A stretch of 64,000 nucleotides of DNA from Clostridia bacterium (GTDB taxonomy: Bacteria > Bacillota > Clostridia > Oscillospirales > Acutalibacteraceae), in the NCBI GenBank assembly GCA_017521425.1, contig JAFXCQ010000021.1:16011-80010 (forward strand), in the 5' to 3' direction. This document shows, piece by piece, positions 44,205-54,099 of this stretch (the first letter of the stretch is position 1; each line of letters begins with the position of its first letter). Under the pieces are notes generated by a model that did no database searches, was not told the origin of the DNA, and saw nothing but the letters and a program-made list of their open reading frames with translations. The translations under genes were made by a program, and so were the position numbers.

Positions 44205-45800
44205 TTATCTTAAATCAGAAATAATTGCTTCTGCACATTTAATTCCGTCAACTGCTGCAGATACAATACCACCAGCATAACCAGCACCCTCACCAGATGG
44301 GAAAATACCCTGAACTTTTGTTGTCTGATAAAATTCGTTTCTTAGAATTCTAATAGGTGAAGAGCTTCTTGACTCAGGTGCAGTTAAAACAGCATCATAA
44401 AGATTGAAACCATTTAGCTTTTTATCAAAATCATTTATTGCACCAGCAATAGTTTCTGTAACCTTGTGTGGTAAAATTCTTTTTAAATCTGACGGTGCAA
44501 CACCGGTCGGGCACGAAGGATTTACAAAACCGAACTTTTTAGTAGGCTCGTTTTTAAGAAAATCACCTAAAAGCTGTGCAGGGGCGGTGTAATCACTTCC
44601 ACCTTCTTTAAATGCTTTTCTTTCTATTTCTCTTTGTAAATACATACCGGCAAGCGGGTGGTCGGAATCAAAAGGCGGTTCAATTCCAACAAGTAAAGCA
44701 CAGTTTGCATTTTCTTTATCACGTGCATATTCACTCATTCCGTTTACAACCATCCCGCCTTCTTCAGAGGATGCTGCAACAACTGTACCACCAGGGCACA
44801 TACAAAATGTGTAAAGTCCGCGACCGTGTTCTGGGTGACACGCTAATTTATAGTCTGCATTAGGGAGCAGAGGAGAATTATAAAATTTACCATACTGTGC
44901 TTTGTTTATATATTCTTGTGGGTGTTCGATTCTTGTGCCAACAGAAAAAGGCTTTTGAGTAATTTCAAAATTTTTGTTGTAAAGCATTTCAAAGGTATCT
45001 CTCGATGAATGACCGATTGCAAGAATTACTGCATCAGTTTCAATATCGTAGCTACCGGTTTCATCAGTATAAGAAATGCCTTGCAACGCACCATTTGCAA
45101 TTATTAAATCGGTAAGCCTTGTGTTGAATTTCACTTCACCACCGAGTTTTTTAACTTCTTCTCTTAAATTTTTAACAACAGTTTTTAACTTGTCTGTACC
45201 AATGTGTGGTGTTGCAGAGTAGAGAATTTCTTCGGGTGCGCCAAATTTTGCGAACTGAATAAATACTTCTCGACACCGAGGGTCTTTAATACCAGTTGTG
45301 AGCTTACCATCTGAAAAAGTACCTGCGCCACCTTCACCAAACTGAACATTGGATTCTGTGTTTAATTTGTGTTCGCTCCAGAATTTGTTTACACTTTTAG
45401 TTCTTGAGTCAACATCGCCGCCACGCTCTAAAACAAGTGGACGAAGTCCTGCTTTTGCAAGTGTTAAAGCGGCAAACATACCAGCAGGACCAAAGCCAAC
45501 AACAACAGGTCTGAATTTAGACTTGCGTTTGTTTTCTGGTAAAACATATTCATATTTTTGTGTTATAAAAGCCTTGTTTGGAAGAAAGCCTGCAATTAGA
45601 TTCTCTTCGTTTAAATCTGTTTCAATATTCGCAGAATAAACAAGAAAAATGTTGTCTTTTTTTCTTGAATCTATAGAACGCCTTGCGAGTGAAAAATCTT
45701 TTATATCACATTCATTGATTTTAAGAATTTTACTGACTTCTTTTTTTACTTCAAGTTCAGTTGTGCCTAAAGGCATTTTAATTTCATTAAGTCTTATCAT
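44205..45800 (-). CDS. NAD(P)/FAD-dependent oxidoreductase (COG2509-type)
   Basis: I chose ATG 45800 (MIRLNEIKMPL), after an AAAGGAA RBS. It has ARRSIDSRKK, VVGFGPAGMFAAL (dinucleotide fold) and EGAGYAGGI at the C-terminus. Confidence 0.75.
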   Translation of the reverse strand: MIRLNEIKMPLGTTELEVKKEVSKILKINECDIKDFSLARRSIDSRKKDNIFLVYSANIETDLNEENLIAGFLPNKAFITQKYEYVLPENKRKSKFRPVVVGFGPAGMFAALTLAKAGLRPLVLERGGDVDSRTKSVNKFWSEHKLNTESNVQFGEGGAGTFSDGKLTTGIKDPRCREVFIQFAKFGAPEEILYSATPHIGTDKLKTVVKNLREEVKKLGGEVKFNTRLTDLIIANGALQGISYTDETGSYDIETDAVILAIGHSSRDTFEMLYNKNFEITQKPFSVGTRIEHPQEYINKAQYGKFYNSPLLPNADYKLACHPEHGRGLYTFCMCPGGTVVAASSEEGGMVVNGMSEYARDKENANCALLVGIEPPFDSDHPLAGMYLQREIERKAFKEGGSDYTAPAQLLGDFLKNEPTKKFGFVNPSCPTGVAPSDLKRILPHKVTETIAGAINDFDKKLNGFNLYDAVLTAPESRSSSPIRILRNEFYQTTKVQGIFPSGEGAGYAGGIVSAAVDGIKCAEAIISDLR

Positions 45801-45811
45801 TTTGATTCCTT

Positions 45812-47035
45812 TTATTTGTTGTTTAAATATTTTACTGCTGATGCACCCGCAAGTCTTCCGCTTGTCCAGGCGAAATGGAGGTTGTAGCCACCACAATCAC
45901 CGTTTACATTAAGAATTTCGCCACAAGCAAATAAACCATCTTGTTTTTTTGATATAAGACTTTTGGTGTCAAAATCGCTACTTGAAGCGCCGCCTTTTGT
46001 TACTTGTGAATAATCAAAATCACGGACGCCATCAATTTTAAATTCGAGTTGTTTTAATGTTAAAACGAGTGATTCAATATTTTTTTCTGTAAGTTTACTT
46101 GCTAATGTATTTTCTTTTATTCCTGATTTTTTCATAACAAAATATGCAAGCTTCTGTGGAATAATTCCTGACAGAATTTCTTCTGTTCTAAAAGTAGGGG
46201 ACTTGTATCTGCATTCTTTAAAATGCTTTGTCAAATCATTTACTGAAAATTCATTGCAAACATCAATCAAAACATTAAGATTTTTCTTGCCATTCGCAAA
46301 CTGAGAGATGTTGAGCACAGGAATTCCCGAAATAGCATTTTCTGTGAATTGAATTTCGCCATATTCTTCTTTTAACAATTTTCTACCACTATATAAAGCA
46401 CAATTGCCCTTGACTCTTAAGCCTTTTAAATCTTTAAATGATTTTTCATTTATGGTAAGAGCTGTAAGCGCAGGGGAAATATCTGTTATCTTATGCCCTA
46501 AGGCTTTTAATAGCTTGTACCCTGAACCATCACTGCCTTGTGATTTTTGAGAATTACCTCCCGTGGCAATAATAACTGAATCGTAATTATTATCAAGAAT
46601 TATGAATTTGTTATTATCAACTTCAATTTTCTCAATATCACATTCCGTTAAGAAGTTAATGTTGAGAATTTCACAGGTTTTTAAAAGTGCATCTCTTATA
46701 GATGTAGCTTGTTCTGAACGCGGATAAACTCTGCCATTTTCAAAATAGGGTAGAATACCCATAGATTTGAAAAAACCAATCGAATCGTTATATTTGCTTG
46801 ACAACACATCTTTAATAAAATCATTGTCACCAAAGTAATGAGATTCGTTTAAATCGGTGTTGCAAAAATTGCATCTGCCATTTCCGGTTGCAAGAATTTT
46901 CTTTGCCGGCTTATTTAAGTGTTCAAAAACCGTAACATTCAAATCTATTCCTGCTTTTTTGCTTTCTCTTTTTGCTTCTATTGCAGCAGAAAGACCCGAC
47001 GCACCGCCACCGATTATTGCAAGGTCAAAAGACAA
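45812..47035 (-). CDS. HI0933/BaiN-family FAD-dependent oxidoreductase (aminoacetone-oxidase-like)
   Basis: It has DLAIIGGGASGLSAAIEA and ILATGNGRCNFCN. I chose the TTG start at 47035, after GGCGG, which puts the Rossmann motif at the N-terminus. The ORF track extends to 47095. Confidence 0.75.
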   Translation of the reverse strand: MSFDLAIIGGGASGLSAAIEAKRESKKAGIDLNVTVFEHLNKPAKKILATGNGRCNFCNTDLNESHYFGDNDFIKDVLSSKYNDSIGFFKSMGILPYFENGRVYPRSEQATSIRDALLKTCEILNINFLTECDIEKIEVDNNKFIILDNNYDSVIIATGGNSQKSQGSDGSGYKLLKALGHKITDISPALTALTINEKSFKDLKGLRVKGNCALYSGRKLLKEEYGEIQFTENAISGIPVLNISQFANGKKNLNVLIDVCNEFSVNDLTKHFKECRYKSPTFRTEEILSGIIPQKLAYFVMKKSGIKENTLASKLTEKNIESLVLTLKQLEFKIDGVRDFDYSQVTKGGASSSDFDTKSLISKKQDGLFACGEILNVNGDCGGYNLHFAWTSGRLAGASAVKYLNNK

Positions 47036-47165
47036 AATAACACCGCCTTTAAATAGATTTAAGGATATTATATAATAATTTTTAAAATGATACAATAAGT
47101 TTTTAAAAAATGTTTACAAATCATTTTTGTTTTGCTATAATATTACGGATAATGTGATTAAATAT

Positions 47166-48497
47166 ATGAGGGGTGATATTTTGAAACCCAATATTATTTT
47201 TTATTTTTCAGACCAGCAACGCGCTGATACATTGACACCTGAAATAATGCCTAATTTGTGGGCATTGGCTGAAGAGGGTACTCGTTACACCAATTCTTAC
47301 ACTTGTCAGCCGGTTTGTGGTCCTGCGAGAGCATGTTTACAAACAGGTAAATATGCAACGCAGTGTGGTTGTTATAAAAACGGAATACCACTCCCTGAGA
47401 ACGAGAAGACTTTAGCAGATTATTTTAACGAGAATGGTTATGATACCGCGTATATAGGAAAATGGCATTTAGCTTCTGAATTAGGTAATTCGGACAGACA
47501 TTTTCATAAAAGTGCTGTTCCAAAAGAATTTCAAGGTGGCTATAATTACTGGCGTGCTTCTGATATTTTAGAATTTACTTCTCACGGTTATGATGGATAT
47601 GTATTTGATGAAAGTGGTAACCAGTTGGATTTTACAGGTTATCGTGCAGATGCTATCAATGATTTTGCAATTGAATATATAAATATGAGAACCGAAGGCG
47701 ATAAACCGTTTTTTATGTTTGTTTCTCAGCTTGAGCCACATCATCAGAATGACCATAAGCACTTTGAGGGCTACAGAGAAACAATTGACAGTTTCAAAAA
47801 ATACCCGATGCCGAGTGATTTAGCATTTTTAAAGGGTAATTATAAAGAAGAATATCCTGATTATCTTTCTGCTATAAACAGAATTGACTATAATCTTGGT
47901 AAACTTATAGACACACTTAAAGAAAAAGGGTTATATGATAATACTGTCATAATTTACACAAGTGACCACGGTTGTCACTTTAAAACCCGAAATTCAGAAT
48001 ATAAGCGTAGTTGTCATGAATCTTCAATACACACACCACTTGTTATTGGTGGCGGTGCTTATAGAAAAGGTAAAGTGGATGACAGGTTAGTAAGCTTAAT
48101 TGACTTACCACCGACAATGCTCCAGTTTGCAGATATTTATATACCATCTTTCTTTTCTGGGATTTCGATTCTCGAACAAGAAGAAAAAGGTACAAAACGC
48201 GACAATGTATTTCTTCAGATTAGTGAGTCTCAAACGGGTCGTGCAATAAGAACTGAAAAATATAAATATTCAGTAAGGGCGTTAAATTCAGGTTTTTACT
48301 CAAAAGATTCTAAGGTATATTACGAAGATTATCTTTATGATTTAGATAATGACCCTGATGAAAAAATGAACCTTGTTAATGACAAGAATTTTAAAGAAAT
48401 AAGAAAAACTCTCTCTAAACAGCTTACTGATGAAATGGAAAAAGCGTGGGAATTAAAACCAAAAATTAAGCCTGCAATTTTTAAAAAGAAAAAATAA
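47166..48497 (+). CDS. Sulfatase-family hydrolase (Cys-type, CxPxR motif present)
   Basis: It has IIFYFSDQQRAD, CQPVCGPARACLQTG (a C-x-P-x-R formylglycine motif), GKWHL and YTSDHG. The start is either ATG 47166 or TTG 47181. Confidence 0.8.
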   Translation: MRGDILKPNIIFYFSDQQRADTLTPEIMPNLWALAEEGTRYTNSYTCQPVCGPARACLQTGKYATQCGCYKNGIPLPENEKTLADYFNENGYDTAYIGKWHLASELGNSDRHFHKSAVPKEFQGGYNYWRASDILEFTSHGYDGYVFDESGNQLDFTGYRADAINDFAIEYINMRTEGDKPFFMFVSQLEPHHQNDHKHFEGYRETIDSFKKYPMPSDLAFLKGNYKEEYPDYLSAINRIDYNLGKLIDTLKEKGLYDNTVIIYTSDHGCHFKTRNSEYKRSCHESSIHTPLVIGGGAYRKGKVDDRLVSLIDLPPTMLQFADIYIPSFFSGISILEQEEKGTKRDNVFLQISESQTGRAIRTEKYKYSVRALNSGFYSKDSKVYYEDYLYDLDNDPDEKMNLVNDKNFKEIRKTLSKQLTDEMEKAWELKPKIKPAIFKKKK

Positions 48498-48539
48498 TTA
48501 TAAATATACTTTACGTAAAAGTAATGGAGGAATAGTTCA

Positions 48540-49934
48540 ATGAAACGCATTGAAATAGCAAACATTTATAAATCACCTGAACAATTTGGTGATAAAGAAA
48601 TTACAGTTTGTGGTTGGGTAAGAACTCAGCGTGCATCAAAGGCAATCGGATTTCTTGAAATAAATGACGGTGGTTGCTTTAAAAGTCTTCAGGTAGTTTT
48701 TGAAGATGAAAAAATCAACAACTTCAAAGAAATTTCAAAAATCAATGTTGGTGCAGCAGTTATTGTTACTGGTACTTTAATTTTAACACCAGATGCAGCA
48801 CAACCATTTGAAATTAATGCAAGTGAAATTGTAATCGAAGGTGAATCAGCACCAGATTACCCGCTTCAGAAAAAACGTCATACATTAGAATATTTAAGAA
48901 CAATCGGACACCTTCGTCCAAGAGCAAATACTTATTCTGCTGCATTCAGAGTTCGTTCTGTTGCATCATTTGCAATTCATAAGTTTTTCCAGGAACGTGG
49001 CTTTATGTATGCACACACACCACTTATTTCTTGTAGTGACTGTGAGGGTGCAGGTGAAATGTTCAGAGTAACTTCATTTGAACTTGACAATATTCCAACA
49101 ACAGAAGAGGGTAAAATTGATTATAGTAAAGACTTTTTCGGGAAGCCTGCTTTCTTAACAGTTTCAGGTCAACTTGAAGGCGAAATTATGGCTCAGTCTT
49201 TTGGTAAGATTTATACATTCGGTCCTACATTCAGAGCAGAACGTTCGTATACACAACGTCACGCAGCTGAATTCTGGATGATTGAACCAGAAATTGCTTT
49301 TGCTGACCTTAGTGATGATATGGATTTAGCAGAAGATATGATTAAGTATGTAATCAGCTATGTTCTTGAGAATTGTAAGCAGGAACTCGAATTTTGCAAT
49401 AAATTCATTGATAACGGTCTTATTGAAAGACTTACAACAGTTGCAAATTCAGATTTTGCAAGAGTAACTTATACTGATGCTGTTAAAGAACTCGAAAAGA
49501 ATAACGATAACTTTGAATTTAAAGCATATTGGGGTTGTGACCTTCAGACAGAGCACGAAAGATACTTGACAGAACAAGTATTTAAAAAGCCTGTTTTCGT
49601 TACAGATTATCCAAAAGAGATAAAAGCATTTTATATGCGTCTTAATGATGATGGTAAAACTGTTGCCGCTGCCGACTTACTTGTAATGGGTATTGGTGAA
49701 ATTATCGGTGGTAGTCAGCGTGAAGAAAGATATGATGTTCTTGTTCAGCGAATTAAAGAATTAGGACTTAAGGAAGAAGATTACTGGTGGTATCTTGATT
49801 TAAGAAAATATGGTGGTACTCACCACGCCGGTTTTGGTCTTGGTTTTGAAAGACTTATTATGTATATGACAGGTATTTCAAATATTCGCGATGTTCTTCC
49901 ATTCCCAAGAACAACTGGTACAGCAGAATTCTAA
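48540..49934 (+). CDS. asnS: Asparagine--tRNA ligase
   Basis: 464 aa. It has an OB anticodon-binding N-terminus (VCGWVRTQR), class II motifs ([15 protein letters not shown]) and the AsnRS-type length and layout. Confidence 0.9.
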   Translation: MKRIEIANIYKSPEQFGDKEITVCGWVRTQRASKAIGFLEINDGGCFKSLQVVFEDEKINNFKEISKINVGAAVIVTGTLILTPDAAQPFEINASEIVIEGESAPDYPLQKKRHTLEYLRTIGHLRPRANTYSAAFRVRSVASFAIHKFFQERGFMYAHTPLISCSDCEGAGEMFRVTSFELDNIPTTEEGKIDYSKDFFGKPAFLTVSGQLEGEIMAQSFGKIYTFGPTFRAERSYTQRHAAEFWMIEPEIAFADLSDDMDLAEDMIKYVISYVLENCKQELEFCNKFIDNGLIERLTTVANSDFARVTYTDAVKELEKNNDNFEFKAYWGCDLQTEHERYLTEQVFKKPVFVTDYPKEIKAFYMRLNDDGKTVAAADLLVMGIGEIIGGSQREERYDVLVQRIKELGLKEEDYWWYLDLRKYGGTHHAGFGLGFERLIMYMTGISNIRDVLPFPRTTGTAEF

Positions 49935-49966
49935 ATTATTTATATTTTTCATAGTGGAGTTAATTT

Positions 49967-51235
49967 ATGAATCAATCTTATTTAAAAATGTCAAAAGACG
50001 AATTAAAAGCACAGTACGATGCGGTTTTAGCAGAGTATAATGATATAAAGACAAAAGGTCTTAACATTGATATGTCACGCGGTAAACCCGGTAGTGACCA
50101 GCTCGATATTTCTGACGATATGCTCAAGGTTTTCGATGACGGCAACTTTAAAACCGAAGCGGGTTTTGATGTAAGAAACTATGGTTTGCTTCAAGGTATT
50201 CCAGAATGTCAGAAACTTTTTGCTGACCTTTTAGATGTAGAGCCACAGAATATAATTGTTGGTGGTAACTCAAGTCTTTCTCTTATGTATGACTATGTAA
50301 ATCAATGTATGTTTTTAGGTGCAGGTTTTACTCCTTGGTCACAGCAGGGTAAGGTTAAATTTCTTTGCCCTTGTCCTGGTTACGACAGACACTTTGCTAT
50401 ATGTGAATCATTAGGTATTGAGATGATTAACATCAGAATGACTGCTGATGGTCCTGATGTTTCACAAATTGAAGAATATGTAAAAGACCCGATGGTTAAG
50501 GGTATGTTTGTTGTACCAAAATACTCAAACCCACAAGGTATTACATTCTCAAAAGAAACTGTTAAAAGAATTGCTGAATTAACACCAGCAGCGAGTGATT
50601 TCAGAATTATCTGGGATAATGCTTATATCGTCCACGATTTAACAGAAAAAAGTGACGATTTACTTAACATTTTCTCAGTTCTTCCTGAAAGAAATAAAAA
50701 CATGGTAGTTGAAGTTACTTCTACTTCAAAAATTTCTTACCCGGGTGCAGGTGTTTCATGCCTTGCTTCTTCAGAGGAAAATATTAAAGTAATTTTAAAA
50801 CGTCTTACAGTTCAGTCCATCAGCTACGATAAAATGAATATGTTAAGACACGTTAAATATTTCAAAAATCTTGATGGCATTAAAGCACATATGCAAAAAC
50901 ATGCAAAGATTTTAAAACCAAAATTCGATGCAGTTATTGACACATTAAATGCTGATTTAAGTGGTCTCGAAATAGCAGAATGGAATGAGCCAAACGGTGG
51001 TTATTTCATCAGTCTTGATGTAACAGGTGGCAGTGCTTCAAGGGTTGGCATTTTATGTAAAGAAGCGGGTGTTACTCTTACTAATGTTGGTGCTACTTTC
51101 CCTTATGGTAAAGACCCAAGTGACAGCAATATAAGAATTGCACCTACTTTCCCAAGTGCAGATGTTTTAAAGCAAGCAGTAAAAGTTCTTACTGTTTCAG
51201 TTAGGCTTGCTTGTCTTGAAAATCTTATAAAATAA
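49967..51235 (+). CDS. PLP-dependent aminotransferase, class I/II fold
   Basis: 422 aa. It has DMSRGKPGSDQLD, KYSNPQG and TSTSKISYPGAGV (the PLP-lysine region). Confidence 0.7.
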   Translation: MNQSYLKMSKDELKAQYDAVLAEYNDIKTKGLNIDMSRGKPGSDQLDISDDMLKVFDDGNFKTEAGFDVRNYGLLQGIPECQKLFADLLDVEPQNIIVGGNSSLSLMYDYVNQCMFLGAGFTPWSQQGKVKFLCPCPGYDRHFAICESLGIEMINIRMTADGPDVSQIEEYVKDPMVKGMFVVPKYSNPQGITFSKETVKRIAELTPAASDFRIIWDNAYIVHDLTEKSDDLLNIFSVLPERNKNMVVEVTSTSKISYPGAGVSCLASSEENIKVILKRLTVQSISYDKMNMLRHVKYFKNLDGIKAHMQKHAKILKPKFDAVIDTLNADLSGLEIAEWNEPNGGYFISLDVTGGSASRVGILCKEAGVTLTNVGATFPYGKDPSDSNIRIAPTFPSADVLKQAVKVLTVSVRLACLENLIK

Positions 51236-51247
51236 GGAGAAATAGCT

Positions 51248-51721
51248 ATGATTCGTATTGGTCATGGTTACGATGTTCACGCATTCGCAGAAAACAGAAA
51301 GTGCATAATCGGTGGTGTGACAATTCCTTATGAAAAAGGTCTTTTAGGTCATTCTGATGCAGATGTTTTGTTACACGCGATTTCCGATTCATTACTTGGT
51401 GCGGCGGCATTAGGTGATATTGGTAAGCATTTTCCTGATACAGACCCTGAATTCAAAGGTGCAGATAGTTTAGTGTTACTTGAAAAAGTAAATGAATTAT
51501 TAGTTCAGAATGGTTACAAAGTAGTTAATGTTGATTCAACGGTAATTGCACAAGCACCAAAGCTTGCGCCATATATAGTTGATATGCGTGAAAACATTGC
51601 AAAAGCACTTAAAATGGATGTTGACCTTGTAAGCGTAAAGGCAACAACTGAAGAAAAGATGGGGTTTACAGGTAGAAAAGAAGGTATTTCTGCACATTCT
51701 GTATGTCTTATTGAAAAGTAA
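51248..51721 (+). CDS. ispF: 2-C-methyl-D-erythritol 2,4-cyclodiphosphate synthase
   Basis: It has [44 protein letters not shown] and [12 protein letters not shown]. Confidence 0.95.
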   Translation: MIRIGHGYDVHAFAENRKCIIGGVTIPYEKGLLGHSDADVLLHAISDSLLGAAALGDIGKHFPDTDPEFKGADSLVLLEKVNELLVQNGYKVVNVDSTVIAQAPKLAPYIVDMRENIAKALKMDVDLVSVKATTEEKMGFTGRKEGISAHSVCLIEK

Positions 51722-51782
51722 ACAATTTTAAATCCTTGCATATTATATATTGATTTCAAAATATAATATGGAAGGGTTTTTT

Positions 51783-52013
51783 ATGAGCAAAAAGGGCGTA
51801 AAGGTTTCTTCTGTTACCCTTGCAATGAAAGGTAGAGATTTATTGCTGAAAAACGGTTATAAAGCATATTTAACCCGCAATCCAAAACCTGCAAAAGGTG
51901 AGGGCTGCGGGTATCTTATTTATATAAATAATCCGGACAAACGAAGTTTACAAATTCTGCAGAATAATGGAATAAAAGTTATTGAATTAGTTGATTTGGG
52001 GGATATATTATGA
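51783..52013 (+). CDS. DUF3343-like small protein (putative Se/S carrier-like)
   Basis: ATG 51783 lies after GGAAGGG. It is 76 aa, with A.K....L...G.......P......GCG that fits DUF3343. It overlaps the downstream cysteine desulfurase start by 4 nt. Confidence 0.5.
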   Translation: MSKKGVKVSSVTLAMKGRDLLLKNGYKAYLTRNPKPAKGEGCGYLIYINNPDKRSLQILQNNGIKVIELVDLGDIL

Positions 52014-53158
52014 TTTATTTAGACAATGCCGCAACAACATATCCAAAGCCGACAGAGGTTATAAATGCAGTAAACAAATCCTTTAGTTTATATGGTGCTA
52101 ATCCTGGCAGAAGCGGTCACAATTTATCTATAAATACTGCTATGGAAATTTATTCAACCAGAGAAAAATTAAATGACTTATTTGATGGGTATGGTAGCGA
52201 ATTTGTAAGTTTTACAATGAATTGCACGTATGCTTTGAATATGGCAATTAAAGGTGTTTTAAAAAAGGGCGACCATATTATTATGTCATCGCTTGAACAC
52301 AACTCTGTGTTAAGACCAATTTTTAAAATGACAGCTGATGGCTTAGTTTCAAGCTCCGTTTTTACAGTTACTCACGATACAGACGAAACTATTTCTAATC
52401 TCAAAAAAGAAATCAGAGATAATACGAAAATCATTATTGTAACGGCAGTTTCAAATGTTTTTGGTGATATTCTTCCACTTGAACAAATTTCAAAAGTAGC
52501 AAAAGAAAATAATATTTTGTTTTTTGTTGATGGTGCGCAGGGTGCGGGCATTATTCCTATTAAAATGAAAAAAATGGGAATAAATTGCCTATGTGTGCCT
52601 GGTCATAAAGGTTTACTTGGTATAATGGGTGTCGGTGCAATTCTTCACGATGGTTGTATAAAAGATACTATAATTGAAGGTGGTACGGGTAGCGAAAGCT
52701 TTAATTATTTTCAACCACAGAATTTTCCTGAAAAATTAGAGGGCGGTACACTTAATGTTCCTGCGATATGCGGTTTAAAAAAGGGGATTGAAATTGTTTC
52801 TGCTTACGGTGTTGAGAATATTTTTAAAGAAGAAACAGACCTGATGAAAATGATGTTCAATGAGCTTTCAAGTATGAGAAAGGTTGTTCTTTATAGAAAT
52901 GAATATAACGAAAAAATTAAAGCTCCTTTGATTGCTTTTAATATAAAAGGGTATCATAGTGAAGAGGTTGCAAGCTATCTTAATGATAATTCTGTAGCTG
53001 TCAGAGGTGGGTATCATTGCTCGCCTTTAGCACATAAAACTTATGGTACAGAAGATATTGGTGCAGTAAGAATCAGCCCGTCAAGATTTACTACAAAAAA
53101 AGATGTAAATTATGTAATAAATTTGCTTCAAAAAATTGCAAAAAATAAAAAAGTATGA
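52010..53158 (+). CDS. Cysteine desulfurase-family aminotransferase, class V
   Basis: It has MIYLDNAATTYPKP, VDGAQGAG, VPGHKGLLG (the PLP Lys) and RGGYHCSP. Confidence 0.85.
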   Translation: MIYLDNAATTYPKPTEVINAVNKSFSLYGANPGRSGHNLSINTAMEIYSTREKLNDLFDGYGSEFVSFTMNCTYALNMAIKGVLKKGDHIIMSSLEHNSVLRPIFKMTADGLVSSSVFTVTHDTDETISNLKKEIRDNTKIIIVTAVSNVFGDILPLEQISKVAKENNILFFVDGAQGAGIIPIKMKKMGINCLCVPGHKGLLGIMGVGAILHDGCIKDTIIEGGTGSESFNYFQPQNFPEKLEGGTLNVPAICGLKKGIEIVSAYGVENIFKEETDLMKMMFNELSSMRKVVLYRNEYNEKIKAPLIAFNIKGYHSEEVASYLNDNSVAVRGGYHCSPLAHKTYGTEDIGAVRISPSRFTTKKDVNYVINLLQKIAKNKKV

Positions 53159-53226
53159 TATAATAAATCAGTATATGTGGTAGTATGTGCTTTTAAAGAA
53201 AAATTAGAGTGAAAACAGGTGAAAAA

Positions 53227-54099
53227 ATGTCGGGATTTGTTGAATTTTTTAAGACTATATGGGGTGCATTATTAAGTTTTGATTTTCCATATGATTTATT
53301 TGATATAATATTTGTTACTTTTGTTATTTACGAGGCAATTAAGTTTATAAGAGGTTCTCGTTCATTCCATTTAATAAAGGGTATTGCATTTATCGGTGGT
53401 CTTTATCTTGTTGTAAAATTCGCAAAAATGGAAGCAAGTGAATTTCTTCTTTCTTCACTTATCGAAAATGCTCTTATTGTACTTGTTGTTTTGTTTGCTC
53501 CTGAAATTCGTAATATTCTCGAAAGATTTGGTAGACGCTCGATTACAGACTTTTCGTTTTTGAGCTTCAGAAATAATGGTGCATATCAGGAAGCGGTAAC
53601 AACTTTAGTTAATGATTTTTGTAAAGCGGCTGGTGAAATGAGTGAAACAAAAACAGGTGCTTTAGTTGTTTTTGAAAGGGAAACACCACTTAATGATGTT
53701 ATAAAATCCGGTACTGTTTTGGATGCTCGTTCTTCTACAGAGCTTTTTAACGGAATTTTCTTTAAAAATTCAGCATTACACGATGGTGCGGTTGTTGTTA
53801 AAGATGCAAAGATTTATTCCGCTGGTTGTATTTTACCACTTACACAAAACAACTCAATCAGCAGTGATTTAGGTACAAGGCACAGAGCTGCTATTGGTAT
53901 GAGTGAGCAAAGTGATGCTGTAGTTGTTATTGTTTCTGAAGAAACAGGGTTTATTTCAGTTGCTATAAATGGTAAACTTCAACGCGATGTTCAGACTGGT
54001 AAGCTTCGTGAAATTTTATTAAGTGAGCTGATTACTGTAAATCAGAAAAATGAGGTTGTAGATAAATTAAAAAGAGGTGAGAATCGTGACAACAAATAA
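53227..54099 (+). CDS. cdaA: Diadenylate cyclase CdaA
   Basis: It has three N-terminal TM helices and a DAC domain with GALVVFE, HDGAVVV and TRHRAAIGMSEQSDAVVVIVSEETG. Confidence 0.9.
   Translation: MSGFVEFFKTIWGALLSFDFPYDLFDIIFVTFVIYEAIKFIRGSRSFHLIKGIAFIGGLYLVVKFAKMEASEFLLSSLIENALIVLVVLFAPEIRNILERFGRRSITDFSFLSFRNNGAYQEAVTTLVNDFCKAAGEMSETKTGALVVFERETPLNDVIKSGTVLDARSSTELFNGIFFKNSALHDGAVVVKDAKIYSAGCILPLTQNNSISSDLGTRHRAAIGMSEQSDAVVVIVSEETGFISVAINGKLQRDVQTGKLREILLSELITVNQKNEVVDKLKRGENRDNK

Noticed and set aside
48498-48539. T-box leader upstream of asnS
   Set aside because: Only 42 nt separate the sulfatase stop from the asnS ATG, which is far too short for a T-box riboswitch. No specifier or terminator structures are visible.
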